Origin: Escherichia phage vB_EcoM_Lutter
Length of the DNA: 64,000 nt
Strand: one strand, 5' to 3'
Sequence record: NC_054924.1
Shown: in pieces, positions 1-9,036 of the stretch
Layout: each line of letters starts with the position of its first letter
Numbering within the stretch: position 1 is the first letter of the stretch
The notes under the pieces: model-generated
What the model saw: the letters and a program-made list of their open reading frames with translations, nothing else
Databases searched by the model: none
Told to the model about the DNA's origin: nothing
Translations under genes and position numbers: made by a program

Positions 1-268
1 ATTTGCAGAAATTTTAGCGTAAGCTGAAGTATTAGAAAGAACAATAACTGTTCCGCCATCATACAACCAATTAGCAGCAAAGTTAGTCACAGCAATTGAT
101 TTACCAGATTGACGTCCACCATCTAGTCGAAGTGTGCAATACTGTTTGAGTAAGTCTTCAAATGGTGGGATATAATCGTTTTTACAAATTTCTTCTACTC
201 TAGCATCAGAATGGTGTGTAAAAGCATTCATCAGGGATAGATAAGGACCAGTTAAAAATGTTCTCATT
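1..268 (-). CDS. Hypothetical protein, N-terminal part only (gene runs off the window start); P-loop-like motif GRQSGKS
   Basis: Minus-strand ATG at 268-266, open to position 1; translation MRTFLTGPYLSLMNAF...LDGGRQSGKSIAV contains a Walker-A-like motif. Confidence 0.4.
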
Positions 269-444
269 TTGTTATCTCTAAATTTGGGCCATTCCGTGGC
301 GCGTGAATTGTCCATTTCTGTATTTACCCATTACCGCACTTGGGATCGACCTTATTACAGGTTGGCGGGAATCCCTCACAGAATCATGAGGTCCAGCTTG
401 TTCCCATGTTATTTGAATATAAATAGTCCTAAGTATAGGCCTTA

Positions 445-1023
445 TTAATTACCACGGGCTGCATTAGCAACGGCATAAGCGTACTGAACATTAGCGTCCT
501 TAAACGTACCTTTAGAGGTATCTATTTCTGCCTTAAAGCCGCCTTTAGCCATAACATCGGCAAATTCTTTACGGAAAGCCATTGCATCAAGACCTTTCCA
601 TGATGATTTGTGCTTAGCGAATTCAAGACCAGCGTAGTTGACAGCCTTAGCTAATTTATTATCAATGACCCATTTACCGGCTTTAGGCACAAACTTCGGG
701 CCTTTTTGTTTAGAGAACAGTTTTAAATTCCAGCGACGAAGATCACTGTCGGCTTTAACAAAAGCTGCGTCTAAGTTACTAGCAACAACATCTTCAATAT
801 GAGCAAATTTAAGTCCGTCAACTTCAATATTTAAATCGGTACGCCAGCGAAGTCCTTCCCAAGCGAAAGCTTTAAAGTCAGAAGCCTTTGTAGCTAAGTA
901 TCGTTCAATAGGAGCTGTTTTAGGGTCAAAGCCGTTTCCCGATCGATAGGTCCACTCATCTTTATTAATGCCTTTGGCCTTTTCCACAGAAGCTTCAGCG
1001 ATAAATTCTTTATACGTTTTCAT
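445..1023 (-). CDS. ipIII: Internal protein III (capsid-packaged, injected)
   Basis: 192 aa ORF; N-terminus MKTYKEFIAEA is the T-even capsid-targeting sequence with an I-A-E protease site; size and position match T4 IPIII. Confidence 0.8.
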   Translation of the reverse strand: MKTYKEFIAEASVEKAKGINKDEWTYRSGNGFDPKTAPIERYLATKASDFKAFAWEGLRWRTDLNIEVDGLKFAHIEDVVASNLDAAFVKADSDLRRWNLKLFSKQKGPKFVPKAGKWVIDNKLAKAVNYAGLEFAKHKSSWKGLDAMAFRKEFADVMAKGGFKAEIDTSKGTFKDANVQYAYAVANAARGN

Positions 1024-1087
1024 TTTTGTTTCCTTGTTTGTTTTGATAGAGTAATTATACCATATTAATACTTAAGCGTAAACCGTT

Positions 1088-1348
1088 TAAGCTTCACCGC
1101 CAGAAATAATTCCGAAGTTGTTAAAATCGTATCCAATATCGTCAACATCTACTTTAGGACTTGTAGCAACATAAGCAATTTCACTGCGTTTTGCATAGGT
1201 GTTGATTTCTTTACCATCACCACCTAAGAAAAAAATACCCATTACGTTTTAATGAGCCAAAATCTTCGGCATCACCAACGAAAGCTTTAACTTTAAATTT
1301 GGGGCCTTTGGCATCTGCTTCAGCGATAAATTCTTGATACATTTTCAT
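1088..1348 (-). pseudogene. ipII: Internal protein II-like gene interrupted by a frameshift in an A7/T7 homopolymer
   Basis: ATG at 1348 gives MKMYQEFIAEADAKGPKFKVKAFVGDAEDFGSLKRNGYFF then stop; the +1 frame continues LGGDGKEINTYAKRSEIAYVATSPKVDVDDIGYDFNNFGIISGGEA to the stop at 1088-1090; frames join at the 7-nt run 1229-1235. Confidence 0.55.
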
Positions 1349-1354
1349 TTTTCC

Positions 1355-1768
1355 TTAGTAAATTGATTTACCATAGTATTTGTACCAAGTCGGACGTTGA
1401 GCAATTTTTTCATCTAAGCGTGCTTGACTTATCGCAATGGACGCTTCGGACGGGACATAATTATTACGAAATTCGGCAGGGATGTCGGAAATATCCTGGA
1501 CTGTCGTGTCCTTGATTTTGAAACCACGTTTCAAGCATTCGGCGATTAGCTCGATTTGTCGTAAACGTAAAAATTCAAGTTTGTCGTAAAAGAATGTTAC
1601 GTGACCTGTGCCTAAGATAAATGTTGGAGAGATTTTAAAATCCTTTACACGTTTACCGTTTTGAACATGTTTACGGACTGCACCAAATACGCGTGGTAAT
1701 TCACGATACTCAGCCATAAGATGTTGGTCGGTCAGTTCAGAAACAAGTGTTAAATTGATACGAGTCAT
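1355..1768 (-). CDS. denV: Endonuclease V (pyrimidine-dimer DNA glycosylase)
   Basis: [12 protein letters not shown]...[12 protein letters not shown], 137 aa, near-identical to T4 EndoV by recall; track start 1780 is a TTG extension, ATG at 1768 has a GGAGGA SD. Confidence 0.9.
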   Translation of the reverse strand: MTRINLTLVSELTDQHLMAEYRELPRVFGAVRKHVQNGKRVKDFKISPTFILGTGHVTFFYDKLEFLRLRQIELIAECLKRGFKIKDTTVQDISDIPAEFRNNYVPSEASIAISQARLDEKIAQRPTWYKYYGKSIY

Positions 1769-1780
1769 AATTTCCTCCAA

Positions 1781-1827
1781 GTAGTTGATGAATGTATAGT
1801 ATCAAAACCCTTGGAGGAAGTAAACAA
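1781..1827 (-). promoter_or_regulatory. Early promoter with stem-loop (PeSL-like) upstream of denV
   Basis: Minus strand GTTTAC, ~17 nt, TACTAT; 8-bp inverted repeat cctccaag/cttggagg encloses the -10. Confidence 0.45.
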
Positions 1828-3068
<1,241 letters not shown>

Positions 3069-3087
<19 letters not shown>

Positions 3088-3557
3088 TCAGTGATAAAGC
3101 TATTTAAATTTTGAGCATATTTCTTTTCATCATAAATCTTTTGCTGTCTGCGTAAACGCCATGGCATTTCAATGAACGTGTACCATATCCCAGATAATAT
3201 TGCTGCTGTAAAAATATTAACAAGTATGGTTAAAATAATCCAATCTCCCGTTCTGTCTACTGGACTTTCTCCAAAGAAGCAAAATACAAATGATGTCACA
3301 GGAAAACTAATAATATACCACAGAATCATAATCTTATCTGTGAACCAATCAGTGTTCGTTAATTTAGCGCGACCATTATGAATACACACGAATTTATCAT
3401 CTGTTGCAGTAGATGGCTTAACTGGTTGATATCCCATTCTAAACTCCCTAATCAGCAAATTTTTCATATCTTCGGAACAGCCATTCCAGTCAACTCTATC
3501 AACTGAAATGCCATCATCCCCATCATCTAAATCATACCAGCGAGTTTTTAAAATCAT
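3069..3557 (-). CDS. Small membrane protein, paralog 1 of a tandem family
   Basis: 162 aa; two hydrophobic helices then a basic stretch and C-terminal motif FITECRKLK; ATGA overlap with the upstream gene. Confidence 0.6.
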
Positions 3558-3928
3558 TTGATTTTCCTACAATCATTCACGAATTCTTTCATTGATTCAT
3601 TTTCAATATAAGACATGTAGTTATTATATTCTTTTAATTGTATTTTGTAATCCTTTTTTCTTTGCCAATTTATTTTAAAATTATCATAATGAAAATATAA
3701 AATAATACCAAAGAATGAAAATAATGAAATCGCTATAGTATAATGAAGTTCACTCCAAACTTCTATTATATCTACTATACCGCTGACATTACTGCGGATG
3801 TTTAAAATAATACAGTCAATCATTAATCCAATAAGACTACCCGCAAGAGCTGCAGCCAACGCCACAGCAAAAATTAAAAATGACTCAGAAAACGAATATT
3901 TGACTTTATTTAGTTTTGGCTTTTGCAT
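3554..3928 (-). CDS. Small membrane protein, paralog 2
   Basis: 124 aa; hydrophobic helices; C-terminal FVNDCRKIK. Confidence 0.6.
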   Translation of the reverse strand: MQKPKLNKVKYSFSESFLIFAVALAAALAGSLIGLMIDCIILNIRSNVSGIVDIIEVWSELHYTIAISLFSFFGIILYFHYDNFKINWQRKKDYKIQLKEYNNYMSYIENESMKEFVNDCRKIK

Positions 3929-4302
3929 CGTGATTCCTTAACAAATTTCATAATTTCATCAAATTCATACGCGGCAAGTTTAAGCTGATGTTCCTTTTTA
4001 ATCTTTTTACACTGTGCTTTCCAATCACGTACACGTTTACGATAATGTCTTCCTTGATACCAATATCCTATCCAATTTACAGGTACTAATAAAAGTGGAA
4101 CTATTAATGGAAGAATTAGCATTAACACAAGTATTTCGCCAGAATCAATATCAGTCATAACATCTAAAACACCTCCAATAATCAATAGAATTACAAATGA
4201 TATGAGTATAACAGGACCTATTAACACATCAGTAGAAATTATCTGGCGCTTTAATTCATACTTTAAGGGTTTACTTGGAAGATACATTGATGGCTTTGAC
4301 AT
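3910..4302 (-). CDS. Small membrane protein, paralog 3
   Basis: Track start 4323 is TTG; ATG at 4302 (MSKPSMYL...) has an AAGGAA SD; C-terminal FVKESRCK. Confidence 0.55.
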   Translation of the reverse strand: MSKPSMYLPSKPLKYELKRQIISTDVLIGPVILISFVILLIIGGVLDVMTDIDSGEILVLMLILPLIVPLLLVPVNWIGYWYQGRHYRKRVRDWKAQCKKIKKEHQLKLAAYEFDEIMKFVKESRCKSQN

Positions 4303-4879
4303 ATTCTCTACATTCCTTAACAAATTTTTCTAATAATAAATCGCTTTCAAAATTAGGATTTTCCACGAATTTATCAAAAAGATCATCAACGATAGTTAAG
4401 ATATTCTTTTTATTAAGAATACGCTTATTTTCATATTTTGTTTCAGAGTCAACTATAAGAGTAAAGAAATATTTCTTTCCCTGAAATTTTACCGTAGTAT
4501 CAATATAGAACAAATTTGACTTTTGTAAATTACGTTTAAACCATGCGTCACTTAAACTATAAACGCCAAGATAATCATAATCGTCGTTTAAATAACAAAC
4601 TGTCCATTCAGGAGAAATGAAATCAGTAAATTCAACATCAAAATCACATGTCAATGAATGAATCGATTCAATACTTTTAATAAGTATTCCAGGACGTATT
4701 AAAGACTTTTTACCTCTGGAAAATCTTCCAGAAAGACTTTCATTAGTTTCATATGAAGAACCCCAATAATAATTACGCCCTTCTGCCATACGTTTAAGAG
4801 CATTTAGTAATTGATCTGGAACATCAACCTGTCTTTGGAACTCTTCAAACATTGAATTGAAATCACTTTGCATTTTCAT
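4271..4879 (-). CDS. Hypothetical protein sharing the C-terminal FVKECR motif
   Basis: 202 aa, not hydrophobic; C-terminus EKFVKECREYVKAINVSSK. Confidence 0.6.
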   Translation of the reverse strand: MKMQSDFNSMFEEFQRQVDVPDQLLNALKRMAEGRNYYWGSSYETNESLSGRFSRGKKSLIRPGILIKSIESIHSLTCDFDVEFTDFISPEWTVCYLNDDYDYLGVYSLSDAWFKRNLQKSNLFYIDTTVKFQGKKYFFTLIVDSETKYENKRILNKKNILTIVDDLFDKFVENPNFESDLLLEKFVKECREYVKAINVSSK

Positions 4880-4900
4880 TCCTACTTACTCCAAGTAATA

Positions 4901-4914
4901 GGGGCCGAAGCCCC
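4901..4914 (-). terminator. Stem-loop with UUCG tetraloop after 4921..5514
   Basis: ggggccgaagcccc; minus-strand RNA is GGGGC-UUCG-GCCCC. Confidence 0.5.
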
Positions 4915-4920
4915 TTATCA

Positions 4921-5514
4921 TTATTTCAGAGAATTAATATATTCCTGAACATCGGCAGAGGTAGTTTCAACCCCAGAAATATTACCATTAAAGGTTTCAA
5001 CTCGAGCAAGGGTATCTTCAATATCAACCTTAGTCAGTGCTGCAATTTCAACTACATCATCTGCAGTACTAATTCCAAGGGCATTTGCTGCGCGAGTTTC
5101 ACGGATATATTCCAATTTAACTGCAAGTTCTTGGCGAGCATCATCCAATTCAACTACTTTCTTAGCGATTTCAATTCGCATTTCAGCATAACCATCAGCT
5201 TTAGTAGTCAACTGCTCAGCTGTTCGACGATATAGTAAACCGAGTTTAGCATGCATTGTTACATCTTGACCTTCGGAAAGAAGCTTGCGAATTTCACGCT
5301 CTTTTGATTCGGCTTGCTTATTCTTTTCGACAATAAGTTCACGAATACGCTTTTCTTCATTAATAGATTTAACGGAAGCAGTTTTTAGATCTTTAATCTT
5401 ATCAAGTAGTTTTGCTGCCGCAGCAGTATACTGTTCTTCAACAGATAGATTTTTAGCCATAGCAGAACCAAGTTTAGTGCGAATAAACTCAACAATTTTC
5501 TTCAGTGTGTTCAT
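4921..5514 (-). CDS. Coiled-coil protein with PspA/IM30 (phage-shock protein A)-like sequence pattern
   Basis: 197 aa; [42 protein letters not shown] and [27 protein letters not shown] resemble the [35 protein letters not shown] and TLVDDTLARMKKEI...TRARQQAL segments of E. coli PspA by eye. Confidence 0.5.
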
Positions 5515-5570
5515 AGTATTTCCTTAGGTTGGTATAATTAGATAATATCACGTTTTAATAGATTGTAAAC
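5515..5570 (-). promoter_or_regulatory. Early promoter upstream of 4921..5514
   Basis: Minus strand GTTTACA, ~17 nt, TATTAT. Confidence 0.4.
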
Positions 5571-5906
5571 TTATTCTTCGTCTAGCTCGTCGATAAAGGC
5601 GTCGATGGCCTCGACAACAGCATCATTGATAGCCAATAAAATAAAATCATCGTCAGTACCTTTAGAAGATTCTAAAGCATTGATATATGCTTGATTGGCG
5701 AGTTCCCAAGCCTTTTTAAAATAAGGAGCTTCATCATCGGGGCCAACGAAACGTACGCCTTCAAAGATACGGTTAGCATAATCCAATACCCACTGTACAG
5801 GCATGTTTTGAGAACGTTCGTTAAACTCTTTAAATTCCTTAGATTCAAAAAGCTCTTCAGGATAATCATTTCTATTACAAAAAGCTTTACTAAAGTTACG
5901 TTTCAT
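5571..5906 (-). CDS. Hypothetical protein
   Basis: 111 aa ORF with ATG start; acidic C-terminus. Confidence 0.55.
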   Translation of the reverse strand: MKRNFSKAFCNRNDYPEELFESKEFKEFNERSQNMPVQWVLDYANRIFEGVRFVGPDDEAPYFKKAWELANQAYINALESSKGTDDDFILLAINDAVVEAIDAFIDELDEE

Positions 5907-5950
5907 AATGTTTTCCTTGTGATGATAAGTCTATAGTAACGCCTTCATAC
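5907..5950 (-). promoter_or_regulatory. Early promoter upstream of 5571..5906
   Basis: Minus strand GTTTACA, 17 nt, TACTAT. Confidence 0.4.
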
Positions 5951-6115
5951 TTAGATGTAAACTATTTCAACATCACCTTTTGCTGCTTTATAACCTTCAG
6001 CCCAAGATACAACCGAGTTTTTATCTGAAGATTCAAATTCTGGCATTGGGCTTTCGCCAATGTTCACGCAGTATGTTTCTTCATTTTCGTCGAACCAAAT
6101 AATTAAAGTAGTCAT
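5951..6115 (-). CDS. Small hypothetical protein (54 aa), absent from the ORF track
   Basis: ATG at 6115 preceded by GGAGAAATAA; MTTLIIWFDENEETYCVNIGESPMPEFESSDKNSVVSWAEGYKAAKGDVEIVYI. Confidence 0.4.
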   Translation of the reverse strand: MTTLIIWFDENEETYCVNIGESPMPEFESSDKNSVVSWAEGYKAAKGDVEIVYI

Positions 6116-6183
6116 TTATTTCTCCGTTTCTGTATTTGTTTTGATAAGTCTATAATAACACCGTCCTTGGTGTTTGTACACAA

Positions 6184-6447
6184 TTATTTCATATTATTGA
6201 AATATTCTTCTGCGATTTCGTCGTTATCATGGTAAACTTTAGAAGACAGTTTAACATAACCTTCTGCCGTGAACATATTAATCACAACCTTTACAGTATA
6301 CCACTGACCATCTTCATTACCCATTACTGCGTAAGTTTCAAACATCGGATGATCAGGACCGATAACTTTAATATCATTCACTGTACGACCAAAATCTTCT
6401 GAAACACATTTCATAAAGAAGTTGAACAGTTCGCCGTAATTATCCAT
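6184..6447 (-). CDS. Hypothetical protein
   Basis: Track start 6459 is TTG; ATG at 6447 (MDNYGELF...) with GGAGAAT SD. Confidence 0.55.
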   Translation of the reverse strand: MDNYGELFNFFMKCVSEDFGRTVNDIKVIGPDHPMFETYAVMGNEDGQWYTVKVVINMFTAEGYVKLSSKVYHDNDEIAEEYFNNMK

Positions 6448-6658
6448 TTTATTCTCCAAGTTGTTTTCTGTATCAGTAGTTGATAGTTGTATAGTACCAT
6501 GGAAGAACAGGGATGTAAACAGTTTTGTGAAAAAATTTTTTAAAAAGTTTTGGGGAATTCTGGGGCAGGGAGGGGCAATTAAAGGATAGGATAATATATT
6601 ATAACGGGTAGAAACTAAATGATGTCTGGAGAGGCCCAGAAAGGCCTAGATGCCAAAA

Positions 6659-6682
6659 AGCCCCAATCTTTCGGTCGGGGCT
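6659..6682 (-). terminator. Stem-loop downstream of 6690..7163; near-identical copy at 7214-7237
   Basis: agccccaatctttcggtcggggct. Confidence 0.45.
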
Positions 6683-6689
6683 AAGAATG

Positions 6690-7163
6690 TTATTTGATTT
6701 GTTTAGCAGACCAAATGCGGTCTTTGATAATTTTTTGGATGTCTTCAACATACTCAAGAGAGTGAACATGTGGATTATCTTTGAAACTATGAGCTCGCGC
6801 AAGTTTCTGGCCTTCAGTTTTGATTACTAAAAGCTCTTTAAGGATAGCTTCATATTTGGAGATAATTCCTTTAACAATATTTTTCTCTTGTGCGACTTTA
6901 GGATCTGCTTTAGGAGCAGGTTTACCCGAAGCCTTTGCAAAAGCAGCGCCAGTAGCAACTAAACTTTTCCAGGCCATACTAACTGCATTTCCCGTAAATC
7001 CTTCCGCTTTCATGTCGCGTGCGAACTGGAATCGCGATTCATCAGAAGCATCTTTATAGGAATATTTACCCGCTGCAATGGCTGCTTTTGCGACAGCTTG
7101 AATTTCGGTGCTAGATGCTTCATTTAACACCGCTTCATTTAAAAATTGAGTATATGATTTCAT
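6690..7163 (-). CDS. Candidate internal (capsid-packaged) protein with capsid-targeting-like N-terminus
   Basis: 157 aa; MKSYTQFLNEAVLNEA resembles the MKTYxEFIAEA targeting sequence, with two L-x-E motifs; own late promoter at 7200-7207. Confidence 0.6.
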   Translation of the reverse strand: MKSYTQFLNEAVLNEASSTEIQAVAKAAIAAGKYSYKDASDESRFQFARDMKAEGFTGNAVSMAWKSLVATGAAFAKASGKPAPKADPKVAQEKNIVKGIISKYEAILKELLVIKTEGQKLARAHSFKDNPHVHSLEYVEDIQKIIKDRIWSAKQIK

Positions 7164-7199
7164 CTTATTTCCTGTTTTAATTTGTAGATTTAATATACT

Positions 7200-7207
7200 T
7201 ATTTATA
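7200..7207 (-). promoter_or_regulatory. Late promoter (TATAAATA) for 6690..7163
   Basis: Plus-strand tatttata, ~35 nt upstream of the ATG at 7163. Confidence 0.5.
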
Positions 7208-7213
7208 CTAAAA

Positions 7214-7237
7214 AGCCCCAACCTTTCGGCTGGGGCT
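7214..7237 (-). terminator. Intrinsic terminator (stem-loop plus U-run)
   Basis: agccccaacctttcggctggggct; minus-strand RNA is followed by UUUUU. Confidence 0.55.
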
Positions 7238-7242
7238 AAGCC

Positions 7243-7548
7243 TTGCGGCAACCTTGTCGGGGTTCCACCTGCTAAGGCAAGTGTTTGTACGAAACGCCGG
7301 GATTCGAACCCGGTTATTAAGCAGTTGACGCTACTCAATATTTTTAAAAGGCCATATCTCGACCATATCCGAACGTTCCGTCAAAAACGCTACTCGGCTT
7401 ACGGCAAAGATATTTCCTCGAATCGATAATTCTGTGCGCCGTTTCTGCTGTGATGTAAGGGGATATTAACAAATCGTAAAGATTTATTAAGACCAGTCCT
7501 TACTCAGGGAACATCAGTCCGACGTCTTGCCGGTAGCGACCCGGCTTC
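7243..7548 (-). ncRNA. Candidate small stable RNA(s) at the distal end of the tRNA cluster (tRNA-like T-arm, no canonical tRNA fold)
   Basis: About 300 nt without a credible ORF between the terminator and the next gene; minus strand has ccggguucgaaucccgg (T-arm-like); in T4 this region encodes stable RNAs C and D (recall). Confidence 0.3.
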
Positions 7549-7893
7549 TTATTTTGGCATATCATCAATTTGCTCTCGACGCCGACGCCATAGATTAATC
7601 GCTTCATTGGCACATTCTGCGTTTGGTATATGACGGCAGCAATATAATGATTCGCGTTTCTGGAACCGATGTTGCAACGGAATTTCGTTTAAAAGGTCTT
7701 TACGGTCAAAGTATTCAAAACTAGTTAACCCGGAACGGTTTTTAAGAAACTTCCAATATCCGAATTCATTTTGAAAATAGACATAATCAGCATGCTGATA
7801 CAGCGAATTAATTAACCTATCGGAAATAACAGTGTCATTGTGATTAAAATAGAATGTTAAATCATGAACTACTAAATAAACATTACCTTTCAT
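7549..7893 (-). CDS. Hypothetical protein
   Basis: 114 aa ORF with ATG start, between the tRNAs and the putative stable-RNA region. Confidence 0.5.
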   Translation of the reverse strand: MKGNVYLVVHDLTFYFNHNDTVISDRLINSLYQHADYVYFQNEFGYWKFLKNRSGLTSFEYFDRKDLLNEIPLQHRFQKRESLYCCRHIPNAECANEAINLWRRRREQIDDMPK

Positions 7894-7909
7894 ATTTTCC
7901 TCACTTAAT

Positions 7910-7985
7910 TGGTCGAGGCAGTAGGGATCGAACCTACGACCTAGGACTTAGAAGGTCCTTGCTCTTCCTTCTGAGCTATGCCTCG
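7910..7985 (-). tRNA. tRNA-Arg (anticodon UCU)
   Basis: Manual cloverleaf: acceptor cgaggca/tgcctcg, anticodon stem aggac/gtcct, loop cuUCUaa, T-loop ttcgatc, encoded CCA. Confidence 0.8.
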
Positions 7986-7989
7986 GATT

Positions 7990-8064
7990 TGGCGGACGTG
8001 ATAGGATTCGAACCTATAACCAATCGCTTAACAGGCGATCGCTCTGCCATTGAGCTACACATCC
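7990..8064 (-). tRNA. tRNA-Asn (anticodon GUU)
   Basis: Manual cloverleaf: acceptor ggatgtg/cacgtcc, anticodon stem atcgc/gcgat, loop cuGUUaa, encoded CCA. Confidence 0.7.
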
Positions 8065-8068
8065 AAAT

Positions 8069-8155
8069 TGGTGGGGAGTGATGGAGTCGAACCACCCGAG
8101 TCGCAATGACAATGGATTTACAGTCCACACCGCTACCTCTACGGGATAACTCCCC
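8069..8155 (-). tRNA. tRNA-Tyr (anticodon GUA), type II
   Basis: 87 nt; acceptor ggggagt/actcccc; anticodon loop cuGUAaa; long variable arm; encoded CCA. Confidence 0.65.
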
Positions 8156-8168
8156 TTAATTCTTAATT

Positions 8169-8243
8169 TGGTGGCCCTGGGTGGAATTGAACCACCATCT
8201 GGCGATTATGAGTCGCTTGCTTGAACCTTCCAGCTACAGGGCC
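8169..8243 (-). tRNA. tRNA with anticodon CAU (Met, or Ile if C34 is modified)
   Basis: Acceptor ggccctg/cagggcc; anticodon loop cuCAUaa; T-loop ttcaatt; encoded CCA. Confidence 0.65.
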
Positions 8244-8251
8244 AAATTTTC

Positions 8252-8734
8252 TTATTTTATGTAGTATTTATTTAAAAACTTTCTAGCTTGAGTATGGCTA
8301 ACATTTATAGCGTTTGCATAATTTTTAATAAAACCTCGTTCATCCATATTAAAATTTTCTAATATTTTTAATCGTCTAGTTATCTCATCTTGGCTTAAGG
8401 TACTTGCATTATTTTTAGAAATTTTTTCTAAAGACTGCACTGAGTGTTTTCGACCATTAAAATTAAAATTTTTAGATTTTGGAGGAAATCTATCATTTAG
8501 TCTCGCATCTTTTGTATTTTGATTATTAGTTGCGCAATATATGTTATTTAATGAGTATGGTCCTTTATCACCAAAACGACACATACAGTATTCATGACCC
8601 TTTCTTCCACGCTTATCATAATTTCCCGTTGATTTCCACCAATTCAACCACTCATCAAAAGTTAAATTCCATTCAATGTTTCTACGTATAGCAGAATTCC
8701 GCTGAGAAATATATTTTGCATAATCTTCTTTCAT
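8252..8734 (-). CDS. Hypothetical protein inside the tRNA cluster; possible degenerate homing-endonuclease-like protein with a C-terminal DNA-binding tail
   Basis: 160 aa from the ATG at 8734; RRNIEWNLTFDEW and GHEYCMCRFGDKGPYSLNN resemble HNH-family fragments; C-terminus SHTQARKFLNKYY resembles the C-terminus of the HNH protein at 9130-9738. Confidence 0.4.
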   Translation of the reverse strand: MKEDYAKYISQRNSAIRRNIEWNLTFDEWLNWWKSTGNYDKRGRKGHEYCMCRFGDKGPYSLNNIYCATNNQNTKDARLNDRFPPKSKNFNFNGRKHSVQSLEKISKNNASTLSQDEITRRLKILENFNMDERGFIKNYANAINVSHTQARKFLNKYYIK

Positions 8735-8781
8735 CACAAATTTCTCTACTTATTACATACACTAAGCTAAATCAGCAAAAC

Positions 8782-8871
8782 TGGCGGAGGCGATAGGATT
8801 TGAACCTATGAGTCGCCGGAGCGACTGCCGGTTTTCAAGACCGGTGCATTAAACCACTCTGCCACGCCTCC
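8782..8871 (-). tRNA. tRNA-Ser (anticodon UGA), type II
   Basis: 90 nt; acceptor ggaggcg/cgcctcc; anticodon stem ccggt/accgg, loop cuUGAaa; long variable arm. Confidence 0.8.
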
Positions 8872-8873
8872 AG

Positions 8874-8947
8874 TCTCCGCGGCAGGATTTGAACCTGCGA
8901 CATTCTGCTCCCAAAGCAGACGCTCTACCAAACTGAGCTACACGGAG
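8874..8947 (-). tRNA. tRNA-Pro (anticodon UGG); CCA not encoded
   Basis: Acceptor ctccgtg/cgcggag; anticodon stem tctgc/gcaga, loop uuUGGga; 2-nt spacer to tRNA-Ser (Pro-Ser dimeric precursor as in T4). Confidence 0.8.
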
Positions 8948-8957
8948 TAAATTAAAT

Positions 8958-9031
<74 letters not shown>

Positions 9032-9036
9032 AAATT

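Noticed and set aside
1225-1240. Programmed -1 ribosomal frameshift at the U-UUU-UUU heptamer in ipII
   Set aside because: A -1 shift there meets a stop codon immediately (TAG); only a +1 shift or a 1-nt deletion restores the downstream frame, so a simple frameshift mutation or sequencing error is more parsimonious.
7243-7548. A ninth canonical tRNA
   Set aside because: A T-arm and acceptor-like pairing are present, but no D-arm or anticodon arm can be formed at the right spacing; kept only as a possible tRNA-like stable RNA.
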